From Scyliorhinus canicula (lineage: Eukaryota): DNA of 64,000 nt. Shown piece after piece: positions 1-12,499 of the stretch. A model generated the notes under the pieces. It saw nothing but the letters and a program-made list of their open reading frames with translations. It had not been told where the DNA came from and did not search any database. Both the position numbers and the translations under genes were made by a program. The stretch's first letter is position 1, and every line of letters begins with the position of its first letter. The stretch covers positions 17,976,546 to 18,040,545 of the forward strand of contig NC_052158.1 in NCBI RefSeq assembly GCF_902713615.1, given 5' to 3'.

Positions 1-109
1 GAGAACACCCCAAGTGAGGAGAGAGAGAGATGGGAAGCGCAGGGTGCAGCCAAAGGGGCTGATAATGTTTGGAGACGAGAGGATAAGGTGATAGCACCGG
101 AATGCCCTA

Positions 110-640
110 TTGGAATTACACCATGGGCTCTCGCATGTGGGTAGAGAGGCCATGATAACCAGCTTAGGTAGAGAATGGTGGTGGAAAGCGATGGGAAGAG
201 ACATAGCCAGACACTGTCACCGATGCGTGATATGTGCGCAACACAACCCTGGTAAACCCATAAAAATTAAAATGGGACACCAGCCCAGACCCAAGGGTCC
301 CTGGGAACACCTGCAAATGGATTTCACAGGGCCACTACCACAATCCCATGGAAAAACGTATTGTCTGGTCATCATAGACCAATTCACCCAGTGGGTAGAA
401 GCATTCCCTACCAGACGTTGTACTGCTACCACGGTAGCCAGAATATTGGCAGAGGAAGTAATCCCTAGATGGGGAGTACCCCAACAAATTGATTCGGACC
501 AGGGGACACACTTCACTGGGAAAGTGATAAAAACAGTATGTAAGCTGATGGGGATAAAACAAAAATTCCATATCCCCTATCATCCACAGAGTTCAGGGAT
601 GGTGGAACGTATGAATAGAACACTTAAGAATACATTAGCT
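110..640 (+). mobile_element. Endogenous retrovirus (class I/epsilon-like) pol integrase fragment, C-terminally deleted
   Basis: HHCC zinc finger (HHGLSH...CVIC) and DDE core (HLQMDF, WVEAFP, IDSDQGTHF, YHPQSSGMVERMNRTLK). Integrase similarity stops near 640, just before a purine tract. Confidence 0.85.
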
Positions 641-654
641 ACCAGGAGGGGGGG

Positions 655-1365
655 ATTGGGGATTGGGATTATGGCTCAACAAAGGGAGCCATACAGGAAG
701 ATTAAGAAATACATAAATGCAGGACACGACTTGAATAAAGCTGACTTCAGCCAAGGTGTACACAATGATATGCTAATACGAATATCTTGGGCCATTTCCT
801 AAAACAAAGGGACAATCGATACTGCTTTCTTGCTGCTACCTGTAACCTGTAAAATCTCTTTAACTATAACTATATGTAAATGGCAAAACGCTTACAAATA
901 GCGATGTACAATCTATAAAATGTTTAAAGATAACAAGGTGATAATTGTTTTGTATCTGGGCTCATTGTAAATCCTCTTTAACTATAACCATGTGTAAATG
1001 GCAAAACACTTACAAATAGCGATGTACAATGGATAAAATGTTTAAAGATAACAAGGTGATAATTGTTTTGTATCTGGGCTCATTGTAAATCCTCTTTAAC
1101 TATAACCATGTGTAAATGGCAAAACACTTACAAATAGCGATGTACAGTGTATAAAATGTTTAAAGATAACAAGGTGATAATTGTTTTATATCTGGGCTCA
1201 TTGTGAACCCAAAGTATAAAATGAATGACGGCCATTCAAACCATGTGAAAAGTTGGCTACCGAACCGCGGGGTACGTACGCTTTCTCCCGAAGCTTTGTG
1301 TAACAATAAACTGCACTGATTGAACACAGCAAGTCTGACTCCCGAAGTGGTTGATTTTCACCACA
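655..1365 (+). mobile_element. Putative ERV 3' LTR
   Basis: Follows a PPT-like run (ag then a G-run, 644-655). Contains 3 x 118 bp U3-like repeats, TATAAA at 1215-1220 and AATAAA at 1305-1310, and ends ...CACCACA at 1365. Sequence matching the copy-4 upstream region (47001 onward) resumes at about 1369. Confidence 0.65.
848..1204 (+). repeat. 3 x 118 bp tandem repeat within the putative LTR U3
   Basis: Near-identical units start at 848, 966 and 1084. Confidence 0.95.
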
Positions 1366-2084
1366 TCACAGCACAAACACTTTAATTCAGTCAGAGGCAA
1401 CAACAAATTACATTTATATAGCGCCTTCAATGCAGTAAAACATCCAAAGGGACTCGACAGCAGCGTCAATCAGACAACAATATTTGAGACTGAATCTGTT
1501 CTTCTCCCCAAAGGCAGAGAATGTGCAGCATCTGAGAAATGAGCAGCTCCAACACACCATTGTCCCTGTTCACTCCAGTTACAGAAACTCTGCACCAACT
1601 TTCCATCTTCCTGTCCAGAAGCTGATCAGAGAGGTTCCGGCAGGATTGAGGGGGGAAAGATGGGCCCGGATTTAGGAGGGAGAGAGACTCTCCAGGAATT
1701 TGGAGAAGGGGGAGGTTGGAAATGGGGGTGGACATGTTCAAAAAGATGTTTTTTGTCAGAATGAGGGTCAGATGGTGACAGGATGGAGAGAGGATAAGGA
1801 GGGGCTCAGGGATGAGATGGATTTGGAAAGGACTTGGGGGGGGGGGGGGGGGGGAGGGAGAGGAGAGAAACTAGAGAAAGATGTGGGGGTGAAGGGGGGA
1901 TGTTTGGTCAGTGGGTTGGGGGGCAGGAGGTTAGTAACAGAAACAGCTGTAAGGATGGTCTGGATTGTAACTAAGAAAGCCATTGCTGAGTTCCTCACAC
2001 GGGGGGTTGAGGGAGGTGGGGAAAGGGGAGAGAGATTTTTCAAGGGGTGGGTTTGTAGAGAGAGAATAGAAATAATGTTATAAA

Positions 2085-2235
2085 TCTGACTTTATAAAAG
2101 TGAAAAAGCCTCCAGACACAATAAAGGGGTCAGTTTGATTTAATTCCAAAGTTCCTGACACTGAGCGTGTCACTGATCACGTGAAGTGAAATCCAGGAAG
2201 TGGAGCGTTGAGCAGGAATTGACAGTGAAAGAGCG
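2085..2235 (+). promoter_or_regulatory. TRIM copy 1 proximal promoter: IRF-like site, E-box, IRF half-site, ETS site
   Basis: AAAAGTGAAA 2096-2105, TCACGTGA 2177-2184, AAGTGAAA 2184-2191, CAGGAAGTG 2194-2202. The E-box/IRF/ETS core is present upstream of all five copies. Confidence 0.55.
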
Positions 2236-2271
2236 GGAACAGGGAAGGAGAGAGAGACTCTGGGCACTGAG

Positions 2272-5200
2272 ATGGCATCTCCAGATCTCACACAGGAACT
2301 AACCTGTCCCATCTGCCTGGAGATATTCACCCACCCGGTGTCTCTGGAATGTGGACATCATTTCTGCAGCTCCTGCATCTCCCAGAGTTGGCAGAAGGTC
2401 CCGGGAGATGTTTCCTGCCCCCAGTGTCGACAGGTGTTCACCCAGAGGAACGTCAGGCCCGCTCGGACCCTCATTAACATCGTGGAGAAGTTCAGAGAGG
2501 TGAAGGTGACACAGCCACAGGAGGAGTTTTACTGTCAGGAACACGAGGAGAAGCTGAAACTCTTCTGTGAAGTGGAGCAGAGAGCGATCTGTGTGGACTG
2601 CTGGAGTTCAGAACATCAAACTCACAAAGATTTACATATCAAAGAGGCTGTTCACATATACAAGGTATTGGATTTCTGCTGCTGGCGAAGGGAGACAGGG
2701 AAGAGGTGAGGAATGGAGGGAGGGTTGTACAGTGTGGGGAGGGAGAGGGGAGGCAAGAGGGAGTGGGGTAGGGACAGGGAGGGGGAGAGTGCCAGAGGGG
2801 TGATGGTGGAGACATCTTTAAAGATGAACACAAAGCGACCTGTCTGTTGTGTGGGATGTCCAGAGCTCATAAGACGCACAGTGTGATCCCAATAAAGGAG
2901 GCAGCCCAGATATACAAGGTACTGGATCACTGCTACTGACACAGGTAGATGGGGAAGAGGGACAGGGTGTAAGTCACAGAGAGAGGGAGTGTTTGTAGAA
3001 TGAGGGGAGGAGAAGAGAGAGCGGGAGAGACAGGGGTAGGGAAGGGGAGAGGGATGTTGAAAGAGGAGAGGGTTGGAGCATGTAGAGGATTGATTGAGGA
3101 GGGGAATTAACCTGGAGGAGGATAATTGCAATAAACAGAATTAACCCACAGTTTCTACTTTGTTTATTGAGTGTAATCAATGCTGAGAATATCTCCTTCT
3201 CTACCTCACTGGTCTAACTCTTTAATAACAGCAAACCCCTCCAGAAGGTGACAATGATTGTTTCCTTTGACAAACCCATTTGTGTCCTTTCTGTCTCAGA
3301 ACAAGTTAGAAACATCATTGGAAACTGTGCAGAAGCAAATGGACCTCAGTCTTCACAGTAAAAGAGAACGAGAGGATGGGATTTTCCACATGAAGGTAGG
3401 AGAATGTCCTTTAGGCTTTGTGTAAACTTCCCTGTGTTTGTTATTCAGAGTGAGTGAGCTTATCACACGGTCAGAGAGAGAGTTTTACTGAATAAAATGC
3501 TGCTGCTCCAAAGTACACTGTGGGCTGCTCCCTGAACTGCAATATAAGGGAGCGTCTGTAAATTGCAGATTATTATAACAATGTGTAAATGTCTTAATTT
3601 CTCCCTCCAGTCAATCCCATCAATTGATTAAATACATTTTGTCTGTAACTCACTCCCAGGTATCCATTATTCTATATATAAACCATCTGAACTCTTCGAT
3701 TAGATTCCAGTCTGATACTCACTCCCAGGTATCCATTATTCTATATGTCAACCATCTGAATTCCACAAACAGATTGCACAGTGACTCAGCCCTTGATGTC
3801 TATTATTTCATAATTAACCACTGGAATCACTTTACAATGATTGTTTGTAACTCAGTCCCACATACCCAATATTCCATCAAACTGTTCAGCCGGCAGTGAG
3901 CTGTTATTATTTGTTATTCGTCCTGGATATAAATTTTTATCCCTATATCCCAGTGGACAGAGACCAGGGACACTGGGTTTATAAACATTGTTTATTCCGT
4001 TCTGTATTCAATCTGTTCCAGGCTGAAGTTGACAGACTGAGAAATGAAATCAACAGTGAATTTGAAAAGATGCACAAGTTCCTGTTTGAGAAGGAGGAGC
4101 TGATGAAAGCAGAGTTGGAGAGAAAAAGCAATAAAATATTCGAGGAAATGGAGAACAATTTCTCCAAAACCATGGATGAAATGTCTTCTCTTGAAGGAGC
4201 AATAAGAGATCTTAAATCGAGACTGGAGGTACAAGAGGCCCCAGAGTTCCTCAAGGTACAAAATCTCTTTGTCTTGTCCAGTGAAACATTCCAGAGACGG
4301 AGGGCGGGCACTCTGACCTTTAACCTCTGGGTTTGGATTAGGCCTCAGTCTGATTGGTTGGATGATTGTCTCTTTGTGCTGTCAGTAAGGGTCCAATGGG
4401 AAATGAGGTAAGATAATCTCAGTGTGATTCCTATACACAGTGTAACCACGGCACTGATTGACGATTGGTCTCCAAGAGAGCTGGGCTGGGAACTGGAGAT
4501 GTTTACACTGCTGCAGATGGAGTTCTACTGAGATCTGCTGAGGACGGGTTAAAGTGCATTATTGCAGGGGTGATGGAGCTATGGTTAGAGAGATAAGAAT
4601 GGGAGCAGGTGAGGGTAGAACACCCAGCTGGACAACAGCGGAGAGGCGATGGAGGAGGATGGCGTGATCGACCGTGTCAAAGGCTGCAGACAGACCGAGA
4701 ATAATGAGGAGGGAAAGTTTGTAAGGATGGGTTTTTTGGGGAGAGGGGTGAAGATGTAGATTTAAATGAGAGAGAGTCAACACCTGAAGAGATTAAACAG
4801 TTTCCAATCCCAGCTAAAATAGGGACCAGGAGCGGAGGTTGGGAGATTAGTAGTTTTTGGGAATAGGATGGAGGGGACAGGAGGTTGGTCTGATGGACAA
4901 GATGAGCTCCGAGAGGGAATGAAAGGAAAAAGTAAAAGTTATTTTCTAACTGAAATCTTGGTCTCTCAATTTCTACTCGAGATTTACAACAAGAACTCTT
5001 TAATCTGATTCGATCATTTCTATTCTGTTCCTTTCCCCTCAGGATATTCAAGACCTATTGATGAGGTAAGCAGATATAAAGAAACAGTTTTGTGATGTGA
5101 TCACTGCTGTCTCTCTAACACACACTGATTTCCAGACCTGTTTTTACAGGAGTCAGATGGAGTTTCACAAGCCTGGAACTGTCTCCACTCAGTTACCTGT

Positions 5201-8200
5201 GGCTATCGCTGGTGAACCATTCAAATATATCAAAGTGTGGAGGGAAATGAGAGCAGTGATTTCACCAGGTATCATTCTCTGTATATTACTGTCTCCCTGA
5301 TGTTATCCACGTGATTAATGAGGTTTGACACACTGATGAAATGATTAGAAGATCAGAAGGAATAAGAACAGGAGTGGTCCAGCCCAGTGAACCTGCTCTG
5401 ATTTTTGATAAGATCATCTCTGATCTGATTGGGGCCTTTACTCCACTTTCCTGCCTGTCCCAGATGACCCTTAACCCCCCTGTTAATCAACAATCTCTCG
5501 AACTCGATCATGAATCAATGACCCAGCCTCTGCTGCTCTCTGTGGTAGAGAATTCCAAAGACTAATATCCCTCTCCGAGAAGGAATTCCTCCTCATCTCT
5601 GTCTTCAATAGACGGCTCCTTCATTTGATGCTGTGTCACCGACACCTCGATTGGCTCAGAGATCAAACATCCTCCCAGTATCTACCCTGGTGAAGGAATC
5701 CCCTCAGAATGTTATGTTTCAATAAGATCACCTCTTATTCTTCTAAACTCCAGTGAGTACAGACCCAACCAGCTCAACCTTTCCTCATAAGGCAATCCCT
5801 TCATCCCAGGAATCAGCCCAGTGAACCTTCTCTGAACTCTGTCCAATGACAGTCTCTCCCTCCTGATGTAAGGAGATCAGATCTGAACACAGTACTCAAG
5901 CTGCAGTCTCACCAATCCCCTGTAAAGTTGGAGCAAGTCTTCCCTACTTTACACTCCATCCCTTTCCAATAAAGGCCAACATTCCATTTGTTTTCCTCAT
6001 TCCTTGCTGTCCCTGGAGACTAACTTTTAGTGATTGATGTAGAAGGTCCCCCAGATCCCTCTGTACTGCAGCATTCTGCTGTCTCTTTCTATTGAAATAA
6101 TTTGCTGCTTTTCTATTCTTCCTGCCAAGGTGGACAACCTCCCATTTTCCCACATTATACTCCATCTGCTAAATCTTTGTCCACTCACTTAACCGGTCTA
6201 TATCCCTCCGCAGACACTTTGTATCCTCCTCACAACTTCCCAACCTCACTTTGTGGCATCAGTAAATTTGGCTACAGCATATTCGGTTTCTTCATCCAAT
6301 CAGGAATATTGATCATAAATAGTTGTATCCCCATCACTGATCAGTAATCTCGGGAATTTGGAAAGATTACCACCAATGCATCCACTTTCTCTCCAGCCCC
6401 TCCTTTAACATCCTGGGATGCAGGACATCAGGTCCAGGGGACGAGTTGTCTTTAATCCCATCGCTTTTCCAGATACTTTTTCTCTGGTGATCATGATTGT
6501 TTTAAGTTTGTCCCTCCCTTTTCCCTCCTGCTTTTCCCTAACACTGGATGACCCCAGGTGTTGTTCTTTGTATATTGTTGGGCATTTTTCTTTCCCCAGG
6601 TTATAAGAAAACATTTGTTTAACGATATTTTGACATTTCTGAGGGACATTGCCAGACCTCAGCACAGAGCACCGATTGGTCCCCACATGCCCCGTTGTCA
6701 AGACGGATACTCTTCCCCTCACTCCGTATACCAGTTACCATGACTACATTATATCCCCTCTGTGACCAAGGATAGGAACTCCCAACTTAGGCAGACATCA
6801 CCTTCTGTCTCTCCCTCAGCACTTTGCCTTGCTGTGAATGGAATTCAGTTCAGAGAAGTGTGAGGTTAATGTATTGGGAGGGGGAAGATATGACAAGGGA
6901 ATAGACAATAAGTGGTAAGATAGTGAGAGGCGTGGAGGAACAGAGGGAGATTTGAGTTTATGTCCACAGATTCAGGATAGGTGGATAAAGTGGTGACGCT
7001 AACACACCGGATATTTTCCTGTACTGACCACAGAATAGAAAATAAGAGCAGAGAGGTAATGTAGGAACTTTATTAAACATTAGTCTACAGCTAGAGCACT
7101 TTGTATCTTTCTGGTCAGTGTGCTGGAGAGGTTACCGAGGAGATTAGAAATAGAAATAGAAAATCGCTTATTGTCACGAGTAGGCTTCAATGAAGTTACT
7201 GTGAAAAGCCCCTAGTCGCCACACTCCGGCGCCTGTCCGGGGAGGCTGGTACGGGAATCGAACCGTGCTGCTGGCCTGCTTGGTTTGCTTTAAAGGCCAG
7301 CGATTTAGCCCAGTGAGCTAAACCAGCCCAGATTAATGAGGGTGTTGGATGGATCAGAGAATTTGAGTTCTGCGTTATGATTGGATAGATTGGGATTGTT
7401 TTCATTGGATCTGAGAAGGCTGAGGGGAGATTTAATTGAGGTATATAAAATTAGGAGTGTCCAGATAGAGTGGAAAGGAAATCCCGAGTCCCATTGCCTC
7501 GGGGTCCCTGACCAGGGAGAATAGATACAGGGTTAGAGGGAGGAGGATTAAAGGGATTATTTTCACACACAATGTGGTCTGGATCTATGAGTCACAGGTT
7601 GATAGAGGCAGAAACCCTCATAACATTTATAAAGTAATCAGATCTGCATTGAAAGTGCCGTAACCAAAAGAGTTACGAAGCAGAAACTGGAAACCGGGAT
7701 TGGGCTGGAGAATTCTTTTTCAGCCGAATCTCACAGGTTGGTCTGAAATTGCCTCTTCTTATGAATCCCAGAATATTTAAAAAAAAGCAGGTGACCGTTC
7801 GGGCCATTGTGTTCCTGCTAGCTCACTGCAAGATCAACTCACCCAGAGCCATTCCTTCACCTTTTTCTGTGTAGCTCTGCAGATTTAAGTTCTTCAGTTA
7901 ATGATTCAATTCCATATAAAAACTGTGATCCTAAACATTCGCTGTGTGAAAAGGTTTTCCCTCATGCTAATGTGGCTTCTTTTGTCAATCAATTTAAATT
8001 CTGTGTCCTCTGGTTCTCTTCTCTCAGGGGAACCACCTCAGCTTCTCCAATCTGTGTCCGTAACTGAAGTTCCACAGCTCAGGAACCATTGTGGTGAATA
8101 TTTCCTGCAGTCTCTCTAATGCCCTCAAAGTGTGTTGCCCAGATCAGAGTTGAGGGTTAACCAGTGTTTTATACAGATATAACTTTGTCACTCTATTCTG

Positions 8201-11200
8201 TGTTAATAAAGCCTAAGATGCTGCATTCTTTATTAACCACTCTCTCTCCTTGTCCTGTCACCGCTAATTGTGAAATGATATCCTGTGCATCAAGGTTTAG
8301 GTCATTAATTTACATCAGGAAAGTCAGAACCCTTTGAATACCAATGTATATCTATCTTCAGTCTGAACAAGCAACAACTGTCATTCACCCCGTTTCATAT
8401 CCATGTTGCTACTGTCCTCGTTATTCTGTATATTTTCTATGTTTCTGCCTGTTAGGGTGACTGTTCCCCTGTTGCCAGAGACTAGGGAACATACGAGGAG
8501 GTTAAAGGGCAAAACCGTGTATTGAGATATTGAAGTTATTTCTCTGTCATTTAGATGTAAATTTTCCACTGGGATCACTCCTTCCAGCTCTACAGCCCCC
8601 TTGTCCTGACTGAGATCTCGGAGGGGGGTGTAGGGCTGGAGGAGGAGAGCCCACTCCCTTGTCCTGGCTGAGATCTCGGAGGGGGGTGTAGGGCTGGAGG
8701 AGGAGAGCCCACCCCCTTGTCCTGGCTGAGATCTCGGAGGGGTGCTGTAGGGCTGGAGGAGGAGAGCCCACCCCCTTGTCCTGACTGAGATCTCGGAGAG
8801 GGGTGTAGGGCTGGTGGAAGTTACAGAGATACTGACTGGGGGGAATGCGGTGTATACGTTTAAGTTTGAGATATGTCTGGGTCAGAAGGCGATGGAATGG
8901 AATTCCCAGTGGGAATGTAGCTGTTGTCCGTGTTATCTCATCACTGAGTCAGAAAGCTGTAGATTTCTGTCCCATTCCAGAATATGGAGCAGGAAGTCCA
9001 GACTGACAATCCCAGCGCAGTACTGAGGAAGTGGCAGCACGGTGGCCTAGTGATTCGCACAGTTGCTTCTCAGCTCCATGGTCCCAGGTTCGATTCCCCG
9101 CTGGGTCACTGTCTGTGCCGACTCTGCACGTTCTCCGCGTGTCTGTGTGGGTTTCCTCCGGGTGCTCCGGTTTGCTCCCACAGTCCCAAGATGTGCAGGT
9201 GAGGTGGACTGGCCGTGATAAGTTGCCCTTTAGGCCGGTACAGACTTATTGGGCCGAATGGCCTCATTCTGCACTGTACATTCTATGATCTGTGATCTAT
9301 GAAGTGCTGCAGTGTTGGAGGAGCCTCTTTCAGATGAGACTTTACACCTTCTCAGCTGGAGGGCAATGATCCAGTGGCTGGAGTTTGAAGAGGAGGAGGA
9401 GAGCCCACCCCCTTGTCCTGACTGAGATCTCGGAGCGGTGTGTAGGACTCGAGGGCGAGAGCTCAGCCCCTTGTCCTGACTGAGATCTCGGAGGGGGGTG
9501 CAGGGCTGGAGGAGGAGAACCCACCCCCTTTTCCTGACTGAGATCTCGGAGGGGGTATAGGGCTGGAGGAGGAGAGCTTACCCCCTTGTCCTGACTGAGA
9601 TCTCGGAGGGGGGTTTAGGGCTGGAGGAGGAGAGCCCACCCCCTTATCCTGACTGAGATCTCGGAGGGGGGTAGGGCTGGAGGAGGTGACAGAGATAGGG
9701 GGCGCGATTCTCCGCTCCCCACGCTGGGAGGGAGAATCGCGGGAGGGCCGGGTGACTAATTTCACACCCCCCCGGCGCCCCCCGCAATTCTCCCACCCCC
9801 CCGGCTCGGAAAAAGCGCTGCTCGCCATTTTTCACAGCGACCGGCGACTCTCCGACCCGGATGGGCCGAGCGGCCGGCCGTTCGCGACCGTTTCACGGCG
9901 GCGGTAACCACACCTGGTCACTGCCGTCGTGTAATCGCCTTAAGATGCCCGTTTGGGGCTTGTAGGGGGCCTGGTGGGGACTGAGCACCACAACTGTTCT
10001 CGGGAGGAGACAGGCCCACAATCGGTGCCCACCGATGGTCGGGCTGGCGTCTCAATGGGACGCAATATTTCCCCTCCGCCGCCCCGCAAGATCAAGCCCC
10101 CACGTCTTGCGGGGCGGCTGAGGGGAAGACGGCAACTGCGCATGCGCGTCTGACATCACATAGGCGCCGCCGACGCGTCATTCTCGGCGCGCCGCCTTAA
10201 CGCAAGCTTCAAGGCCCAGCAGTTGAAAATAAAGGAGCGCCGCTCCTAGCCCCCCGGGTGGGGGTGAATACGCGCCCAGGATGTGGGCAGTGAGAATTTT
10301 AAGTTCGAGGCATTGCTGGGTTCAAAGCTGATGAGGATCAGTGAGCACTGGGGGGGCTGAAATTATCAACAGGGGACAACCAGTGTCAGATTCCAGTAGA
10401 TTGAGCTCAGGGCGGTGACTGACTTCCTACAACTTGTCTTAACCAAGGTCCTGTACTGGAGGGAGATCTTTATTCTCAGTAAATTGATGCTGATCTGAGC
10501 TGAGTGAACGGGGCTGAGGGAATGGGGAGAAATTTCTTCAGACACTCTGTCCCTGAGCTTCCACAGTTCCTGGGCTGAGGAAAGTGGTGATGTCCCATCA
10601 CCGTCTGCACATGTCTCGTCATTCACTTCTGTTTTTCTCACAGTAACAGCTTCCCAATCATGTTCTCTTCCAGTTCCAGCATCTCTCACCCTGGACCCAG
10701 AGACAGCACACAACAAACTCATCATTTCCCAGGATCTGACTAGTGTGAGGTACGGAAATGAGGAGCAAGATCTCCCAGAACATCCGGGAAGATTTGATAA
10801 ATATGTGTACGTTTTGAGCTCCCAGAGTTTCACATCAGGGAGACACTACTGGGAGGTGGGTCTTGGAAACAAACCTTACTGGATTGTGGGTGTCTGCAGA
10901 GAGTCTGTCAACAGGAAAGGAAATATCACAGAGTCACCTGAGAATGGATTCTGGGTCATCGCCTGGCTTTCTGGCGGCAAATCATTGAAATTCCTGGATG
11001 TCATCTCGCAGCTAAAAGTGAAACCCCGGAAGTTGGGAATTTACCTGGATTATGAGGGAGGACAGGTATCATTTTACGATGCTGAGGACATGTCTCACCT
11101 GTACACCTTCACTGACACATTCACCGAGAAACTCTACCCCATCTTTAATCCCTGTAATAATAAGTCTGGTAATAACTCTGAGCCACTCACACTGCTCTCT

Positions 11201-11206
11201 GGGTAA
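2272..11206 (+). CDS. TRIM E3 ligase copy 1 (RING-Bbox2-CC-PRY/SPRY, TRIM39/TRIM27/A33-like), intact, about 465 aa
   Basis: Exons 2272-2664, 3300-3395, 4022-4255, 5043-5065, 5150-5268, 10674-11206; all introns GT-AG; 1398 nt in frame. C3HC4 RING, B-box2, LTLDPETA, GRHYWEV and LDYEGG motifs. Confidence 0.92.
3641..3790 (+). repeat. 69-bp minisatellite, about 2 units (copy 1 intron 2)
   Basis: Unit gtctgtaactcactcccaggtatccattattctatatataaaccatctgaacccctcgattagattcca. Confidence 0.85.
5340..6520 (-). mobile_element. Decayed CR1-clade LINE 3' fragment in intron 5 (also about 21960-23740, 38213-39290, 51950-53110)
   Basis: MEYNVGKWEVVHLGRKN...VQRDLG...NGMLAFI is typical CR1 ORF2 C-terminal sequence. 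Confidence 0.8.
6830..7720 (+). mobile_element. Highly decayed CR1-like LINE fragment (present in each unit)
   Basis: CR1-like 3' motifs such as ggctgaggggagatttaattgaggtatataaaatt and aacatttataaag. Confidence 0.55.
7147..7329 (-). mobile_element. tRNA-derived SINE, copy 1-specific insertion
   Basis: Minus-strand A/B boxes (ggtttagctcactgg, ggttcgattcc), tttcta-type tail, TSD agatta at 7141-7146 and 7330-7335. The site is empty in copies 2-4. Confidence 0.85.
8596..8830 (+). repeat. 58-bp GC-rich minisatellite, about 4 units
   Basis: Unit ccccttgtcctgactgagatctcggaggggggtgtagggctggaggaggagagccca. Confidence 0.9.
9033..9300 (+). mobile_element. V-SINE/HE1-like SINE (paralogous copy at 41650-41915)
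   Basis: tRNA-like head ggcagcacggtggc...ggttcgattcc plus V domain gtgggtttcctccgggtgctccggttt. Confidence 0.85.
9391..9690 (+). repeat. 58-bp minisatellite, about 5 units
   Basis: Same unit as the array at 8596. Confidence 0.9.
9700..10277. mobile_element. Non-autonomous Harbinger-type MITE (right TIR partly deleted)
   Basis: Left TIR gggcgcgattctccgctccc, 3-bp TSD agg, homologous to 42259-42878. Confidence 0.75.
10674..11206 (+). CDS. TRIM copy 1 terminal exon, PRY/SPRY (B30.2) domain
   Basis: Acceptor ttccag at 10668-10673; VPASLTLDPETA...GRHYWEV...LDYEGG...EKLYP; stop ends at 11206; AATAAA at 11504-11509. Confidence 0.93.
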
Positions 11207-11924
11207 CGCAGTGGGACACGTTTTGGGAGGTCGGAGTTTTAGTGAGAAGCCTGATTCCCTGTCTGAACAGCTCATGTTGTCCTGATTCTCTGCTGTGTAC
11301 TGTCAGGGGGTGAGTGTGTTTCTGTATTGTTTATTCTGTAAATTTAACTCAGATTCTCCACCCATCCCACTGTCCCGATCTCAATATAATGGGACCCATA
11401 AACACTGGACTGGTATAGAATGAAGCAAAATCTCCTGAATTGTGGTAACTGTGCCCAGCTCTCGAACAATTCGCTCTGAATCTTTATTTTGTTTCCTCCC
11501 TTGAATAAATATTTTATTTGAAGACGGGACTGACACCTGGTGTGATGATTATTGATTCAGTGAATGAGCAGAAAGAATGTTTTTTCACTCCTGTATGGGA
11601 TGTGGGTGTCACTGGCTGAGCCCTCGTTACCCATCCGTAATTGCCTTTGAGAAAGTGGTGTAGGTACACCCACTGTGCTGTTAGGGAGGGAGTTCCAGGA
11701 TTTGGACCCAGCGACAGTGAAGGAACGGCCGATGTGTTTCCAAGTCAGGATGGTGAGTGACTGGAAGGGAACCTCCAGGTGGTGGTATCAGGAATGAGAA
11801 TATCAGAATAGGTTCCGGAGTAGGACCTGTGACCATTCGGGAAGATCCTGTCTGAACATCAACATCGACTCCACTTTCCCATCCTATCCCTTCATTCCCT
11901 TTGTACTCAGGAATATATAGATCT

Positions 11925-12495
11925 CTGTGTTGAATATACTCACTGACATCTCGCTGAGAGAGAGAATTCCAAAGATTCACAACTCTCTCTGAGGGAAGGA
12001 ATTTCTCCTCATCTCAGTCTGAAATGGACGGCCCCTTATCCTGATTCTGTGACCCCTCGTTCTAGACCAGTCTCAGCATCTACCCTGTCAGGATCTCTGA
12101 GAATTGTATATGTTTCAATAAGATCATCTCTTATTCTTCTAAACTTCAAAGAATATAGAGCCATCCAACTGAATCCTTCCTCATATCGGAAAACCCTTTC
12201 ATCCCAAGAATCAATTCCGTGAACCTTCATTGCTCCCTCTAAGGTAAGTATATGTTTCCTCAGGTAAGGAGACTGAAACTGTCCACAGTCCTCCAGCTGT
12301 GTCCACACTCGATCCCTGTTACATTGCAGCAAGACTTATTCTCTTATACTCCAACCCCATTGTAATAAAGGCTAAGATACCATTAACCTCCCTAATTGTT
12401 CACTGTATCTGCTTGTTAACTTTCTCTGCTTCATGGATACACAAATCCCTCTGATTCCCAACATTTACAAGTCTCTCATCTTTAGAAAATATCCT
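11925..12495 (-). mobile_element. CR1-clade LINE 3' fragment (paralogues about 26930-27490 and 57460-57985)
   Basis: LEDCGQFQSPYLRKHILTLEG...RRIRDDLIETY is CR1 ORF2 tail sequence. Confidence 0.75.
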
Positions 12496-12499
12496 GAGA

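Noticed and set aside
110-802. Host integrase-derived gene (GIN1-like) or intact pol
   Set aside because: Non-ATG start, homology ends near 640, and the rest of the ORF is read-through into LTR-like sequence.
1834-1860. Long poly-G and poly-C runs as functional G-quadruplexes
   Set aside because: Lengths differ between paralogues and homopolymers are error-prone; there is no supporting evidence.
2824-2918. Stranded native half B-box as a cassette exon of copy 1
   Set aside because: The only nearby AG (tttaaag, 2823) is weak and out of frame after the 2664 donor, reaching a TGA.
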